64,000 nt of DNA from Octopus bimaculoides (GCF_001194135.2 NC_068984.1:39597113-39661112), one strand, 5' to 3'; shown: positions 12,943-27,700, counted from the first letter of the stretch. Notes: generated by a model not told the origin, from the sequence alone. Program-made: numbers and translations.

Positions 12943-12992
12943 CACACAGACACATACATACATACATACATAATACATACATACATACATAC

Positions 12993-13038
<46 letters not shown>

Positions 13039-13043
13039 ATGTA

Positions 13044-13262
13044 TACGATAGGTGCTGAAAAGTTCTTGGCTTTGCCTAAAAGAAAATCCAGAAGGATCAA
13101 TTAATTATGATTTTATTCAACATATTCCCCTCTCAGATTCACACACTTATCGCAGCGGTCCTTAAGATTTTCTAAGCCCTGTAAAAGAACTCAGAAGGTT
13201 GAGCCTCCAACCAGGCCTTTCGCGACACCCTTAAAGCCAGGTACTTTTCAGTACCTCTCATA
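13044..13262. mobile_element. Tc1/mariner-type MITE, copy 2
   Basis: TACGATAGGTGCTGAAAAGTTCTTGGCTTT ... AAAGCCAGGTACTTTTCAGTACCTCTCATA; TA at both ends; colinear with copy 1 and separated from it by (CATA)/(TA)n. Confidence 0.8.
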
Positions 13263-15695
13263 TATGTATTCAGAACATGTACTTCTTTTTGCCGTGAACT
13301 CCTTTATTCATATAAACTAAACCAGTTAGGAGTTTACACATTGTTTTACTTCCTTTTATCGTGAAAAGATTAGGGTTTTAATATATATTCTTGATGGTCC
13401 TTTCTTTAAATCAGATTTTTGGATACCAGAATCTCAGTTGACACGTGTTCGGATTAACCATTAAACAAAAATAAAAACGTGTTTAGGGCTCTAAAAGATG
13501 GGAGTACCTCCGAAGCGGGTTTTAAGTACCGAATGTACTATGGTACAAATGATTCAGTTAAACTAGGAAAATTTTTTTAAACTGCATTTTTCTTTTTTTT
13601 TTTGCCGTTGTTGCAAGTAAATAACATATTATTGCTATTTAATGTGAAATATATAAACTGGACAGATTATATTAAAGTGACAGACTATATTAAATATAAT
13701 TGTGGGGGAGCAATCTAGAAGAAAATCGAAATTTGTTTTTATTGTTTCATGATTTATGTCTTTATGCCTTGTCAGACAATGGAAGAATCGGGGAAGTAAT
13801 TATTGGATACCATTCTGCTTAGGACATCAGTTGACCTTGATCCAGCTTCTATTCCACCATATATATATAGAATGATGTGTAAATTTACACTTATCAGCAC
13901 TTACATAAATCACGAGGCCGCTGTTGGGTTGTCTTCTGACTGTATTTTATTCGTTTCTATTAAGACAGACTCTACTCATTTAAATTTGCAAACTTGCAGA
14001 TACCCTCCCTAAATATAAAAAGCGATTCCGACTACATACTTACCAACTGCCCTTCTTCTAACCCTTTCTACCCAAGATTTAAAATCACTTGGAACTCGCT
14101 ATCTATCCAGATTTCCACTTTACAACAAATCTAAATTACATACCGAATCGTTCTGACTCTTCTCAAATTACACCTATGCGTTTGTATAGGCGAACCTAAG
14201 ATGACTGTGGACATTGCTCTAATCGGCAACCCTCCCTTCTCAACTCCTCCATGTAATTGAAATACGATCCATTCTATTATCATAATTTCATTAGCTACTT
14301 GTTGCACATGCATTACATTATATTTATTCATTCATATATTCACCCACCAAGTTTTTTTCCCCTTCTCCATGTTATCTTTCTTCCTTTATATATATACATA
14401 TATATATATAGTTTTAGGGAAAATAACCAATTTTCAAGAACTCATCGATAAAAATCCACTATCACATATAGAAAAATTAATAATTAAAAGCACAATAAAT
14501 GAGTATAATATAAAGTAAAGTAAATATCATAAGATAAATATAATATAATATTCATCGATGAGTTCTTGAAAATTGGTTATTTTCCCTAAAGCTATATATT
14601 TTATATATACTTTATCTATAAGGCTCAATTTAATTTTAATTTTTTATAAATTGATTTTAATTGAGTTTTTTACCTGTAATTTTGGATTTTGTCCCTAATA
14701 TTATTACATATATATATATATATATANNNNNNNNNNNNNNNNNNNNNNNNNNNNNNNNNNNNNNNNNNNNNNNNNNNNNNNNNNNNNNNNNNNNNNNNNN
14801 NNNNNNNNNNNNNNNNNNNNNNNNNNNNNNNNNNNNNNNNNNNNNNNNNNNNNNNNNNNNNNNNNNNNNNNNNNNNNNNNNNNNNNNNNNNNNNNNNNNN
14901 NNNNNNNNNNNNNNNNNNNNNNNNNNNNNNNNNNNNNNNNNNNNNNNNNNNNNNNNNNNNNNNNNNNNNNNNNNNNNNNNNNNNNNNNNNNNNNNNNNNN
15001 NNNNNNNNNNNNNNNNNNNNNNNNNNNNNNNNNNNNNNNNNNNNNNNNNNNNNNNNNNNNNNNNNNNNNNNNNNNNNNNNNNNNNNNNNNNNNNNNNNNN
15101 NNNNNNNNNNNNNNNNNNNNNNNNNNNNNNNNNNNNNNNNNNNNNNNNNNNNNNNNNNNNNNNNNNNNNNNNNNNNNNNNNNNNNNNNNNNNNNNNNNNN
15201 NNNNNNNNNNNNNGTTACTGAAGCTGCCATTATTATTACTGCCTACGCTGTTGTTGTTGCCACTGCCGTCGCTGTTGACAGTTGTTGAAAACCATTGTCA
15301 GCCTATATCCTATAATGACAGTTTTTAGAATCCTATTAGATTTTTATCTTGAAATCTCGACGGAAAAAAAAGAAAAAAAAAGGCAAATAAAAATCTGAAT
15401 TTATTCTTTTTAGCCGCTTTTCATTCGGTAGACAAGCGAGCGTGTCTTGTATTTCTATGTACACAATCCAAATCTTGGTTAATTGCACATCGTCTCTCTT
15501 TCTCTCTCCCTTCCTACCTCTTTCTATTCCCCCCTCTCTCTCTCTCTCTATATATATATATATGTATATATATATGTATAACCTCCCTTCTCTTTCTTGA
15601 TTATCATAATTGTATCTAGCAGAATCCATTCTCTATCGGTATGTAACTCTCTCGGTAAAGTTGTTAACAATAAAGCAGATGTGTCTAGTAACGCT

Positions 15696-15772
<77 letters not shown>

Positions 15773-15868
15773 NNNNNNNNNNNNNNNNNNNNNNNNNNNN
15801 NNNNNNNNNNNNNNNNNNNNCATACATATACGCACATAGATACATGCATACATAAAAAACATTCGTAT

Positions 15869-15923
<55 letters not shown>

Positions 15924-16545
15924 TATGCTGAAACTGTGCCAATGACTAAAGTTGTTCTTGGTTCCTGCTAGCGATTTTTTTTTCTCCTACTGTTAGACTT
16001 AAAGATAAATATTTACTCTTTCTAAGCTAAGTGCAAATGGAAAAGGCATATCAAAGACAATCAAAGAAACCTAAAACTGATTTCCGACCAGTTTACTCAC
16101 TTTTACGATATCTCCATTTTCAAAAATCTATTTTATGCCCTTTAATACTTCTGCACCTGCACCCCACCCCCATGTTTCTTTCCATAAAATGCATTCTAAC
16201 ATCAATCATTGTTTAGTTCCTTGCTCACAAAAAGCAACAGCAACAACGACGGCGGCGGCGGCGGCGACGACAACGATGATGATGAGAAATAATTGAATTG
16301 AATAACTATTTCCTTATCTCCCCATTTTGCTAGACCTTTCGTGACGAGAGATACCCATTAACAGTTGATCTGTTCTATTGACTTCAAAGAGGCATCTAAA
16401 ACAGAAATTGTCATTTCCATGCCTTTTCCAAGGGCATCAGCACCATAAAATGAGATAGCTACAACTGCACGTTAGGTTTGCCAAGAGATTTAACGAGTAT
16501 TCTGAATCGCTAGTCACACTGAGAACCTAAAAACCAGCTTTTCAT

Positions 16546-16576
<31 letters not shown>

Positions 16577-16937
16577 TCATTGAAGTCCATCTTATATGGT
16601 TACATTAGTCTTATATTATAGTTGTGAGAGGAAGAACGATATATGTTTGTGCATTTTATTCTCACAACTTTACATCTTCTCATGTTCCTGTTTTGTTTTT
16701 GTTGTTACTTTTTGTTTTTCTTTTGTTCTATTTTTCTTTTCTTTTCTTTTCTTTTCTTTTTTGGGCTGTGCGTCATAAGCTGAAAATTCGTCACACTTCT
16801 CTTTTTAGACACAAGTATGTGTTGCTCTCAATTAAAAGAAAAAATATCATAAATAATCAAAACAGGAATATAGATGTTAGAGAGAAGCTTTAAATGTCTA
16901 TGAAAAGAAAGAAAAGTGCTAGTAATAATAATCATAA

Positions 16938-17150
16938 TTTCAAATTTTGGCCCAGAGCCAGAAATTGGGGGGGGGGGGAATAAGCCGATTACATCGACCT
17001 CAGTGCTTAACAGGTACTTATTTTATCGATTCCGAAAGGATGAAAGGCAAAGTCGACCCCAGTGGCGCTTGAACTCAGAACGTAAAGACGGACGAAATGC
17101 CGCTAAGCATTTTGTCCGGCGCGGTAACGATTCTGCCAGCTCGCCACCTT
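16938..17150 (-). mobile_element. tRNA-derived SINE family A, full copy
   Basis: Minus strand begins aaggtggcgagcTGGCAGAATCG (A box) ... GAGTTCAAGCG (B box); at least 8 related copies in the window. Confidence 0.85.
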
Positions 17151-17157
17151 AATAATA

Positions 17158-17200
<43 letters not shown>

Positions 17201-17866
17201 CGATGACGACGACGACGACGACGATGACGATGATAATAATAACGACAACTGCAGAAAATTATGCTGCTGTTGATTCTTGATATGGATTCCTCATATGTAA
17301 GCGAAGGATGTGTCTAACTTGAGTTCACAAGCACCATTCACATTGTTATCTCTTTTGCACCTGTATGAAAACATGATCGCTAAATCACGTGTCGAGGCGT
17401 TTCGAAAGATAACAGCTTTAAGGTTGGGCAGCTATTTATAGTCGTATATACCAATAGAGCGATCCTGGATCGATGCCAGTTTGTTGTTCTTAAGCTTATG
17501 TGCTGCATGTACTATACGACAGAAAACAAGCGATTTTGTAAAGTAATATTTTTTCGCTGCAGTTTTCTCTCATTCCATTTGCACTCTCCTACTAATTTGT
17601 TCTTCCCACTCGTTTATGTTGTTTTTGCTTCTACTGTTGCTGCTACTACTGTTTTTGTTGTAGTTATAGTTTTTTTTATATTCTTGTCTATTTGTCTATC
17701 TCCTAGAATTTTCCTTTCCTTCTTTACATTGTCCTTCTTTCTTTTATACACACACACACACGTATGTATACAATGAAAGAGAGAGGGAGGGAGAGGAATT
17801 TGTAGGCATATCCATATCAATATTTGTATATTATTATCATTATATCAATACACACACTCTCATGAT

Positions 17867-17950
<84 letters not shown>

Positions 17951-19549
17951 CTGTTAGCTGTTGCTGTTAGTTGTTCTACTTATGTTCAATGTTGCAGCTT
18001 ATACATTTGATGAGGATCTGAGATTGTCCTTCATTTCGTAGTTGAAACGCTTAAATTGAATCTTTCGTAAGATATAATACAATTGCCACCTGCTTTTGAA
18101 TGTAAGTAGTTGGGGTTCAAGTTGTCACCTAAAATGAAATCTGTATAAAAAATAATAAAATATTAAACTTATTGTATACAGTGCTCATTGAAGTCATTGC
18201 TTTTCCAACAAAACTTCATTTCAATGACAAAATCTTTTGACATGAAGCTTTTAGATTTTTAGAGGATTGAGGAAATGGAAATCTGAGGGTCGTCATTTCC
18301 TTTTTGAATACAGTTTAGCGAATGTAAATGAAATAGTTTAACCTGGGAATCGAAGAGCGAATACAAGCCAGATCGTAGACGCGGTTCACTGAAAACTCTC
18401 ACCAGCGCACATCTGCTGCTGTCATCTTTTGCAAAACCTACCGTTGAGATAATTTTTTATACCTTTATAACTCTAGTTATTTCTGACATCTTTTGTTTTA
18501 ATTATTTTTACCATATTTCCGAAATAATTGCGCGTGCATTTGTGCATTCGTGCATGTGTGCACGAGTATGTGTATGTGTGTGTGTGTGCACGCGCGCGCA
18601 CATTCGTGTGTGTGTGCGCTTGTACGTGCGCGTATACGTGCGCGTGTACGTGCGTGTGTGTGCGCGCGCGTTCGTGCATGCATGTGTGTATTTATATTCC
18701 TGAAATCCATATTAAAAAGGTAAAAAAAGAGAAAAATGAATTTTGTAATTTCTCTTGAAAGAAGATGAAAACGCTAATTTACATGGTCGAATCATTTTAT
18801 GTAATATTTCTGACTTCTTTGTTATTTATATTTTATTTGTAGAATTAGAGTTACCATTATCAATGGAAGTAAATCCTTCCCTATCATCATCTTCATCTTC
18901 ATCATCATCTTCATCATCATCATCATCATCACCACCACCATCCAATTTCTCCACACCATTTTATCTGCCATATCATAAACAGACATTCATTCATTGATAA
19001 GAGCATGTGATCCATTAACTGGATTTAATTAGGGAGATGCCATACATATGTATCTGAAGGCACGTGTTTCTACACACTTCCACCAATGCAATGTCTGAAT
19101 TGAGGATTTTTGGCGCATCTCAGGATCATAATGTCTCATACATTCTGTATCATATTTGTTGGATCTCCCAATAGCCTATTATCGTATTCATATCATCATC
19201 TCCAGTTCTGAGATAACTCAAATTTTCACTTTGTTTCTGAATTGACCTAAAGCTATCTTAAATATACTGGATATGGGTTCACAGATATCGAGAAAACTAT
19301 GTTTTCTTTTAAGAATATATAAACCACAATTGTTTAGGTTAATCATGTTTTGTTTTTGCGTTTTTTTACTTTTATTCCGTAATTAATCTCGCACATAACT
19401 GTTTTCTACGCTTACATCATTAATACTTTTATACTTTATGGACACGACAGAAAACTAGAAAATCATTAATCAATGCAAAATTCGTAGGAAAATTTAATTA
19501 GATATTTCGACTTTTCGCAAACTGAATGTATAGGAAATGAAAATTAAAT

Positions 19550-19903
19550 CGTGAGCGGTTGTGTAGTAAGGAGTTTGCTTCCCGACCGCATGGTTCCGGG
19601 TTCAGTTCCACTGCGTGACACCCTAGGCAAGTGTCTTCTACAATAGCACTGGGCTGGTCAAAAGCCTCGTGGGTGGGGTGGACTTGGTTGACGGAAACTC
19701 TGTGTGTGTGTGTGTATCTCTGTATTTGTATTTGTCCCCCACCACCATTTGATAACCGGTCTTGGTGTGTTTACTTCCCGAGAAAAAGTACCAGGCTTAA
19801 AAAAAGTACTGGAGTTAATTCATTCGACTGAAAATTCCTCAAGGTGTGCCCCAGCATGGCCGCAGCCTAATAAATGAAACCAGTAAAGGATAAAAGACAA
19901 AAG
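19550..19903 (+). mobile_element. tRNA-derived SINE family B with central (TG)n
   Basis: B box GGTTCAGTTCC, then ccctaggcaagtgtcttct (CORE-like ccttgggcaagt motif), central TG microsatellite and tail ccagcatggccgcag...aaaagataaaaga; matches the copy at 43522-43926. Confidence 0.8.
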
Positions 19904-19959
19904 AATACTAATTTTTAAAAATTGTATACTCTTTGGTTATGTGCTTTGGCGAGACGATC

Positions 19960-21465
19960 CAGAAGGAGCCTTGCAAAGATTTTCCCTGCGGTGGAGAGCA
20001 ATGTGGATTTCGACCATCCAGAGGGACAACTCACATGATCTTTTGTGCTCGAAAACTACAAGAAAAGAATAGTGAACAACAAAAACCTCTCTATTTTGTT
20101 TTCTACGACCTCGAAAAGGCCTTCGATACCGTCCCAAGGCCTGCAATGTGGAAGATCCTCCGACGCTTCGGCTGCCCCGATCAGTTCATCTCCCTAGTAC
20201 AGGGAATACATGACGGTATGATTGGAGCCATCTTCCACCAAACTCAACTGTCTGAAGACTTCCCCATCATTAGAGGATTAAAACAAGGATGTGTTTTGGC
20301 CCCGATGCTCTTCTCCCTGTACCTTACAACAATGTTTCATGAACTACTTTCGGACAATCTAGGAGTCAGCATTAGGTACTGATATGACGGGGGATGTTTC
20401 AAATTTGCCAGATTGAAGTCACGAAAACTGACCAGGAAGCAAAAGATCACTGATCTTCAGTAAGCTGATGACAACGCAGTAGTCTGCCACTCCAGTGAAC
20501 AGCTTCGACAATTTGGCGAATAACTTCACCAATGCTTACACTCGATTTGGCCTAAAAGTCAATATCAGAAAGAGAAAATTCCTGGCACAACCAGTTCTAA
20601 GTCAGGAAACTCCAGGCCTCAACATTACCAACTCGGAGATGCCACTGGAGAAAGTTGACCACTTTTCATACTTAAGAAGTTTGCTTTCTAAGAAGTGCAC
20701 ATTGGAAAAGAACGTGGAGAACCGATTAAGAGCGGCTTACACCGCGTTTGGTGGACTCACGAAAAGGGTCTTTAAGATCTGAACCACCAAACAAAATTGA
20801 GTGTCTACCAAGCAGACGTGTTCTCCACTCTCTTCTACGGTTGTGAAACCTGGACTCTTTACCGAAGTGAAGTCAAAAATACTAGAGCGATTTCAACAAC
20901 AGAATCTCCGCTCTATTATGAATATCAAATGGAATGACTATATGACCGATGTCTCTGTTTTAGAGAGAACATAAAGCAGCAGCATCGAGGCCACCATCCT
21001 GAAACATCGTCTGAGATGGGCGGGCCACGTAGCAAGAATGAAAGAGACCAGACTGCCTCATCAAATTTTATATGTTGAACTTCTCACCGGAAGAAGACTC
21101 CGTGGCTGTTCCCTCGGTCGATAAAAGGACCAGCTGAAGCAAAGCTTAAAACTGACTGGAATCGATCTCAAAGCCTATGACATTAAAGCTCAGGACAGGC
21201 CCGGCTGGCATCATTCCGTCTCCACTGTGACAGATCATTTTGAAGACGAACGACAGAGGAAAGAAGAGAAACGACAAGAAATAAAATAGAGGCTGCAACA
21301 ACCAAAGCCTCCACCACGGATTCCTTGTGAACTTTGCAATAGACGCTTCCATGCAAGAATCGGCCTGTTTAGTCATCAGAGGCATAAACAAGGACAGAGG
21401 TGAAGAAGCGGTCAAGAAGAAGCCAAATAGATTATCGGACGCATGATAAAACGCCGACGACGACG
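19960..21465 (+). mobile_element. 5'-truncated RTE-clade (BovB-like) LINE: RT pseudogene to 3' tail
   Basis: QCGFRPSRGTTHMIF...FYDLEKAFDTVPR...GLKQGCVLAP; the YADD motif is killed by TAA at 20461 (Q*ADD); RLRWAGHVARM; C-terminal C2H2 CELCNRRFHARIGLFSHQRH; (GAC)n tail. Confidence 0.93.
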
Positions 21466-21685
21466 ATGTGCTTTAGTATATTTAATTATGTCTATATATA
21501 TTTGTCTTTTATTTTATGATTCCCCCCCCCCCCNNNNNNNNNNNNNNNNNNNNNNNNNNNNNNNNNNCACACACACACACACACAAGGAATTGACCCACC
21601 TCAGGCTACAGTAGAAAACACTTACCTAAAGTGCTGCGCACTAAGATCGAACCTGCCAACTGTTGCAACCTGATTTCAATATCCT

Positions 21686-21890
21686 TTTCTACTCTAGGCA
21701 AAGGCCCGAAATTTGGTGGGGAGGGGGACCAGACAGACCCCAGTACGCAACTGGTACTTAATTAATCGACCCTGAAAGGACTAAAGGCAAAGTCGACTTC
21801 GGCGGAATTTGAACTCAGAATGTAACGGTAGACGAAATACCGCTAAGCATTTCGCCTTACGTGCTAACGATTCTGCCAGCTCGCCGCCTT
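21686..21890 (-). mobile_element. tRNA-derived SINE family A
   Basis: Colinear with 16938-17150; A and B boxes on the minus strand. Confidence 0.85.
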
Positions 21891-22169
21891 ACCTCATTTC
21901 AATATCGCTGTTAATGACCTTCGCAAAGGCACCAATATCATGGCACTCATTTCTTTCATTGAAGTTAATAATGCTGAAACATTACATTCATTGAGGAATT
22001 CTTCAGCATTTCGTTTTGTTTTTGCTTTGTTTTGTTTTTTGCTTCTTTTTTTATGATACGTATTTTTCTTACTTTACTCTGACGGTTACTATTTAAGATG
22101 ATTAAATTTGGCCCCATGTCGCTAAGTCGACTTATGAGAGAAGAACACTGCTTCTGTGGCCATCATCCA

Positions 22170-22352
22170 AAAAATTCTACCCGTTTTACGTTCAAACTGA
22201 CCAAATCCAGTCTCTCGTACCTGACTTATAATGCCATTCTAAAAGTAAACATTCACATCAAAATCTCGAAGCTACTAGATAATGCATGATTAATTCAAAC
22301 AATGAGAATAAGTATTACAGTCAATAGAGTAATTTGAATGCTTAAGGGGTAA
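22170..22352. mobile_element. short dispersed repeat, possibly a piggyBac-type MITE (second partial copy inverted at about 58925-59015)
   Basis: 22283-22352 aligns with the reverse complement of about 58925-59015 (aagcta.tagataatgcat..ttaattcaaa.caatg.gaataa...gagtaa..tgaatgct.aa); terminus resembles ...AAGGGTTAA. Confidence 0.4.
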
Positions 22353-22355
22353 TCA

Positions 22356-22511
22356 CAGGGCCGGCTCAATGTACCGGCAACCCGGGGCGCCATGTGCTTT
22401 TTAGTCTACATTTTCAGTTTTTCTCCATGTGAAAGTTTTAAAAAATTATGCTTGTAAGGGCGCCGAAGTTTAGCTTACCCGGGGCGCCAGCAACCCTAGA
22501 CGCCAGCCCTG
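22356..22511. mobile_element. hAT-type MITE
   Basis: TIRs CAGGGCCGGC / GCCAGCCCTG; internal repeated CCCGGGGCGCC; flanks GGTAATCA / GGTAAAGG match a TSD only partially. Confidence 0.6.
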
Positions 22512-23014
22512 GGTAAAGGTGATAGAATGTGATTTGAGGTGATTTGGTTGCTATTTCTAACAAGTCAGTTTGCGTCAAGCAGAGACTCACAACTCTTTCT
22601 CTATTCTACACAACTACAAAATGTCTGATTAATTTTCATATCCAACTAAAACCTTATCTACAGATGTCAAAAAAAGATTCAATTTTCTAATAACTAATTT
22701 ATATACGTCTTTTAAGTAAAACCACATACAATATTGTAGATGGAGAAATAAGCTTTTGACTCAATGCATAAAATATGCAAGCATGGAAATCTGTTATAAT
22801 TATGAAAGTAAATCCAATGACTTCTAACTTCTCATCCATGACTTTATCAAAACGTAGAACGTTTGTTGCTGGCCACGATTCGCTGATCTGTTCGAGGACT
22901 CAGGTAATCCCAAGATGTCTTGATTACAAGAAAAATAAACGGAATGTGAACACAACAGTTCCTGGTTATAATTTCTCAATGGTTGCGTCTAAATATTCTT
23001 TCTATATTTTGCTT

Positions 23015-23204
23015 GTTTCAGTCATGCTAGAGCACTGCTTTGTAGGGGTTTTAGTCGGACAAACTCACCCAAGTATCTATCTTTTAAAATCTGGTACTTA
23101 TTCTATCAGCCTCTTCTGCCGAACCGCTAAGTTACGAAGATGAAACAAATCAACACCGGTTGTTAAGCGGTAGAGGTACAAACACAGACACAAATACACA
23201 CACA

Positions 23205-23236
<32 letters not shown>

Positions 23237-23460
23237 TACACACACACACACACACACACATACATACATACATACATACATACATACATACATACATACA
23301 TTTATGAATGAGCTTCTACACAGATTCCGTCTATCATATTCACTAACAAGGCATTGGTCGACCAGGGGCTATAGTAAAAGACACTTGTCAAAGGTGTCGC
23401 GCAGTGATACTGAACCCGAAACCACATGGTAGCAAAGTGAACTTATTAGCTACACAGCCT
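23015..23460 (-). mobile_element. tRNA-derived SINE family B
   Basis: Colinear with 43522-43926, with an expanded (CA)/(CATA) centre. Confidence 0.8.
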
Positions 23461-23702
23461 TGTAATGCTGAGTAGAATAAAAGTTATCTTTAAGACTTAG
23501 CTAATAATTTTGATCTGAAAAGTTATTTTAATAAAATGCGATCCCCCTTACACCGCCTCATTCGTTTGATTTCTTTAGAATTTATCTATAGACGGCTTTT
23601 ACTTTACCAAATATTTCTACTAAGAAAGATCACCGTCAATTCATAGACTCCCACATTTATGCCATCACTATCTATAAAAATTCTTACATGGTGCATATAT
23701 GC

Positions 23703-23806
<104 letters not shown>

Positions 23807-24789
23807 TTGTATGTATGTAGTATATATGTACGTATATATATATGTATGTATGTTCACTTCTTCCGCTAATACATTCATATCTGATAATCAGTCTAACAGT
23901 GAATCCATTTTGTTGATTTTTGCGAGCAACATCAGTAAGAGAGCGATTACTTCCTGTTGACGTGATGAACGCCTGCATATACCTTGGATTATTATTACTC
24001 CTAGCGATTATCTCTAGTTCGTGAAGATACCACCTCACTTCCGCTGAAATGTTCAACTATTTATAAAATATTCGTAGTAGGTAGGCAGTTGCTAATAAAC
24101 AGGTATCCAGATTTGGTTAGAATATAACATCCTGCCAGACCAAGGCCCATATTTTTGTTGTTGTTGTTGTTGGATCCATTCTTGCCAACATGCTTTATTC
24201 TTTCATTCTTTTAATCGTTTCAGCCATGTTTGTTTAAGTTTTCTTAGTTATGGGAGTGCAGCCTTGCTGGAGCACGGCCTTGAAGGGTTTTTAGTTGAAC
24301 AAATTGGCCCCAGTACTTACGCTTTAAACCTGGTACTTATCTATCGGATTTCATTTTACGAGAACGTAAACAAAGCCAACATTGGCTGTCGAGATTTTTA
24401 AACAGTTAAAATTATTTTATTATGTACAGTTCCTGTCTAAACCTTATGTTGTTCAGCAAAATAACAAGTGAAAATTAACTATCACATTTCGAACCTTAGA
24501 ACACTAAACCAAATTTTTTATATTATGTAGTGCGTTGGGAGAGAATGTTCAACTTACGAATAGCAGACGCTTAAAAAATTGTTACATATCAGTGACTTCG
24601 CAACCAATTCAAATTTGCCATATAATTTGCCGCGGCTCAACAGTCTTCATCTAAAATTAACCTTCTGAATGTCTCAAACACGTCGGATGGCATGTAAATA
24701 GCAAACTTAAGATAAAAAAAATATATAGTGAGATTTGGGTTAACTTGCAGTTTACGAAAGTAAATTGTACTAAAAAAATTGAAGTAATT

Positions 24790-27700
24790 GGCGATATAAA
24801 CCAGAAGTGACGACAGTAACCTGCCCTAATTTCATATAAACAATGTGACACTCTCTTACCTACATGTAGATTAGTTGAATTATTTATTAGAATCAAATGT
24901 CTCTTCTCAAAATAAGAAGTGGCTCGTATAGTCCGAGTGAATCCACTGGAACACCACTGCTTCCCTTCGATGATTTCTCAGCAGCTCATTGATTGCAGGA
25001 TTCAGTTGAATTGCTCTTATGTGACTGTGTTGGCTATCACGCGTCAACATGCAAGCCACCGAATTGCCTTTTCAGTAGTGTTCATTGCTGGTTATAACTC
25101 ATCAACCACTCGTCTACGCTTACTTGAGTCTGCAAAAGGTGACCTAGAATCATTGGTAAAAATTGCTTTAACTATGGATTTAGCCACCGAGGATGCGAGG
25201 AACTTGTCAAGAATGAATCTTTCGTGCCCTCTAGTTCTGGCGGTTTCAGGAAAACGATCTTGCTATTGGTGTGGTGGGCCTGTTTAATCAAAATCAATTT
25301 GTTCAACCAAAAACTCAATCAGTAATAACTCCCATCGAAAAGGACAATAAGCAACCTTTTGCACGACAAAAAAATATAAGGTTATTATGTTCAAAACAAA
25401 AGGAAAGGCAAATCACGAAAACAACCCAACAAACGATACAAACAACCCAACAAACGAAAAATTGTGCTTCAATTTTTCAGCTAGCCGATGCCGGGCAATG
25501 AACAAAACTCATTAAAGTTAAAGCAAATGATCATACGACATACGCACCACTGGATATTGGATCAGACCGGGCCTGGCCAAAGAATTAGATCTGGCAAAAG
25601 AATTTGGGCTTCTTCTTACAATGTAAAAAAAAAAGCGTTTCCTTTTAGCCGATAACAGTCAATTTAAGATCCGTCGGAACGTGTTTAATCGCACTAGAAT
25701 GGGATGGACGCTATTACGAAGCTGAAGTGTATTCCCTTGAGTCACTCGTGGCACCAATTGTATGAGGGATGGACGTTTTAAGATTGCACAAAGCACTAAC
25801 ATTAAATCTAGACGACAATAGGGAGCCAATCCTTGTTTGCTTTCCTCTTAAGGAATTAAGTTGCCAGAGTGTCAGTCAGCTGTCCAGCGTCGATACGTCG
25901 AAATTAACTCTTATCGCTACAAAATCTCTATGAAATTCATTGTCATAGAAATTTCATCGAAGGTGAAATCAAGAGAATGTCAAAAGACGGGATTATTCAG
26001 TAAAGTAAAAGCAGGTGGCGTGCGCAGTCATTCATCGAGTCAAGAGGAAAAATAGTTAAGGCCAGTAATTGGCTATTCCAACACCACAAATCGCTATGGT
26101 CCTATTGACGCGTAGCCTGCAGCTAACATTGATTTACTCGAAAGAATCGCATACAATTATTACTTCTCTATTATCGACTTGAAAGAAACCTTCCACTAAA
26201 TTTCATTGCGTGAAAGGGGTCTTTTTTTTCCATTTGAATACTTTTGAAGTTTGTAACAAATTTTTAGAATTTATTTGCATGCCATTCGAGTGTACCGTTG
26301 CCATCTTTCAACGCATTATGGATTCATTCATTCACGATAATTTTCTGCAAAGCACCTATTGTTAAATCGATGACATCATAATCGGAGGAAAACCAAAGGA
26401 AGAACACGATTGTAACTTGCCAAAATTCCACTTGGCAGCTAAGCGAGCCGGCATGCTACTCAACAAATTAAAATGTCGTGCTGGCTTAAAATCCATTCAC
26501 TTTCTCGGACATGTGATAGAAAAAGGAACGCTTAAACCAGATCCAGAAAGATATCAGACATTAATTGAACTTAAAGAATCCGACGACACTGAAGGAACTG
26601 AACCATCTAAATTGATTATTTGCGTATTACACTAAATGTATTCCGAATTGTTCAGAACTAGCCATGCATTTAATGAACGCTCGAGATTCTATCGAAAAAT
26701 ATGGTTTAACTCCGGCGGCTACCGATGCCATAGCTCAAGCGAAAGCTTGTGAAATCGAGTCTGGCAGCTCCAGACCTTCCTTTCAGCATTTCTTATAGAG
26801 ACAGATGCTTCTGACGTGACGTTGGATGGGGTGTTATCTCAGGATGAAAGGTAGTGACGTTCTATAGCCGAACACTTCAAAATGTCGAGAGACTCCAATC
26901 AGCCATAGAAAAAGATGCCTATGCAATACTGGAATGTTGCAAACGCTGGTGACATTTTATAACTGCCGTACCCTCAAGTACAATAATAACTGATCAGAAA
27001 TAGGTGGCTTTTTGTTCAATAGAATCCAAACGTCAAAAATAAAGAAAGAAAAAATTTTCAGTACAGACCAGGTATTCAAAACGTACCACCCGATGTCCTT
27101 TCAAGATGTACTTCAATGAACGAAACCAACAATGTGGAAGAAATTTATAAAAGGCTATGCCACCTCAGAACAACAATATTGCTACATTATTGTACAGCCA
27201 AGAATTTACCCTTTTCAGCAAAAGAGGTTAGTGGACTTAGGCCACCTGAACCTGGGAAGGAATATCTGTCGACTTTGTTGGACCAATGACCAAATATTCC
27301 GGCTTATCTTTTAACGGTTGAGGATAAATACTCGCATTATCCCTTTGCTTTTCCATGTAAGGAAATGTCTAGTGAAGCAGTTATTAACTAGCTGAGCTTT
27401 TTTCCTTACCTGAAACTCCTAATGCAATTCGCCTAGACCGAAATGCTCAATTTGAATCGGCATACTTCAGAGCCTTTCTAATGGCGAGTGGTGTAATCAA
27501 GACCCGAACCACACCATATGATCCTCAAAGGAATGATCAATACGAGCGCATGAACGCTACTATATGCAAGTCTGTGCTCTTGCTTTGAAATCAGAAGGGT
27601 TATGCAAGACTGGGTGGATCAAGATAATTCTATTGGTCTTAGCTTCTGACAGAATTTTTTATGCGCAGAAACCAACGAAACTGCTCACGAAAGAATGTTT

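Noticed and set aside
17291-17360. Minus-strand candidate exon CKRDNNVNGACELKLDTSFAYI*
   Set aside because: Too short to distinguish from chance; a terminal exon here conflicts with a downstream coding exon at 3570-3687.
19050-19250. Mariner-like peptide HYDPEMRQKSS on the minus strand
   Set aside because: One short motif with no flanking DDE motifs or TIRs.
23860-24056. Non-repeat part of minus ORF 23604-24056 (AEVRWYLHELEIIAR...)
   Set aside because: No recognisable homology; the ORF runs into a microsatellite; splice signals are weak.
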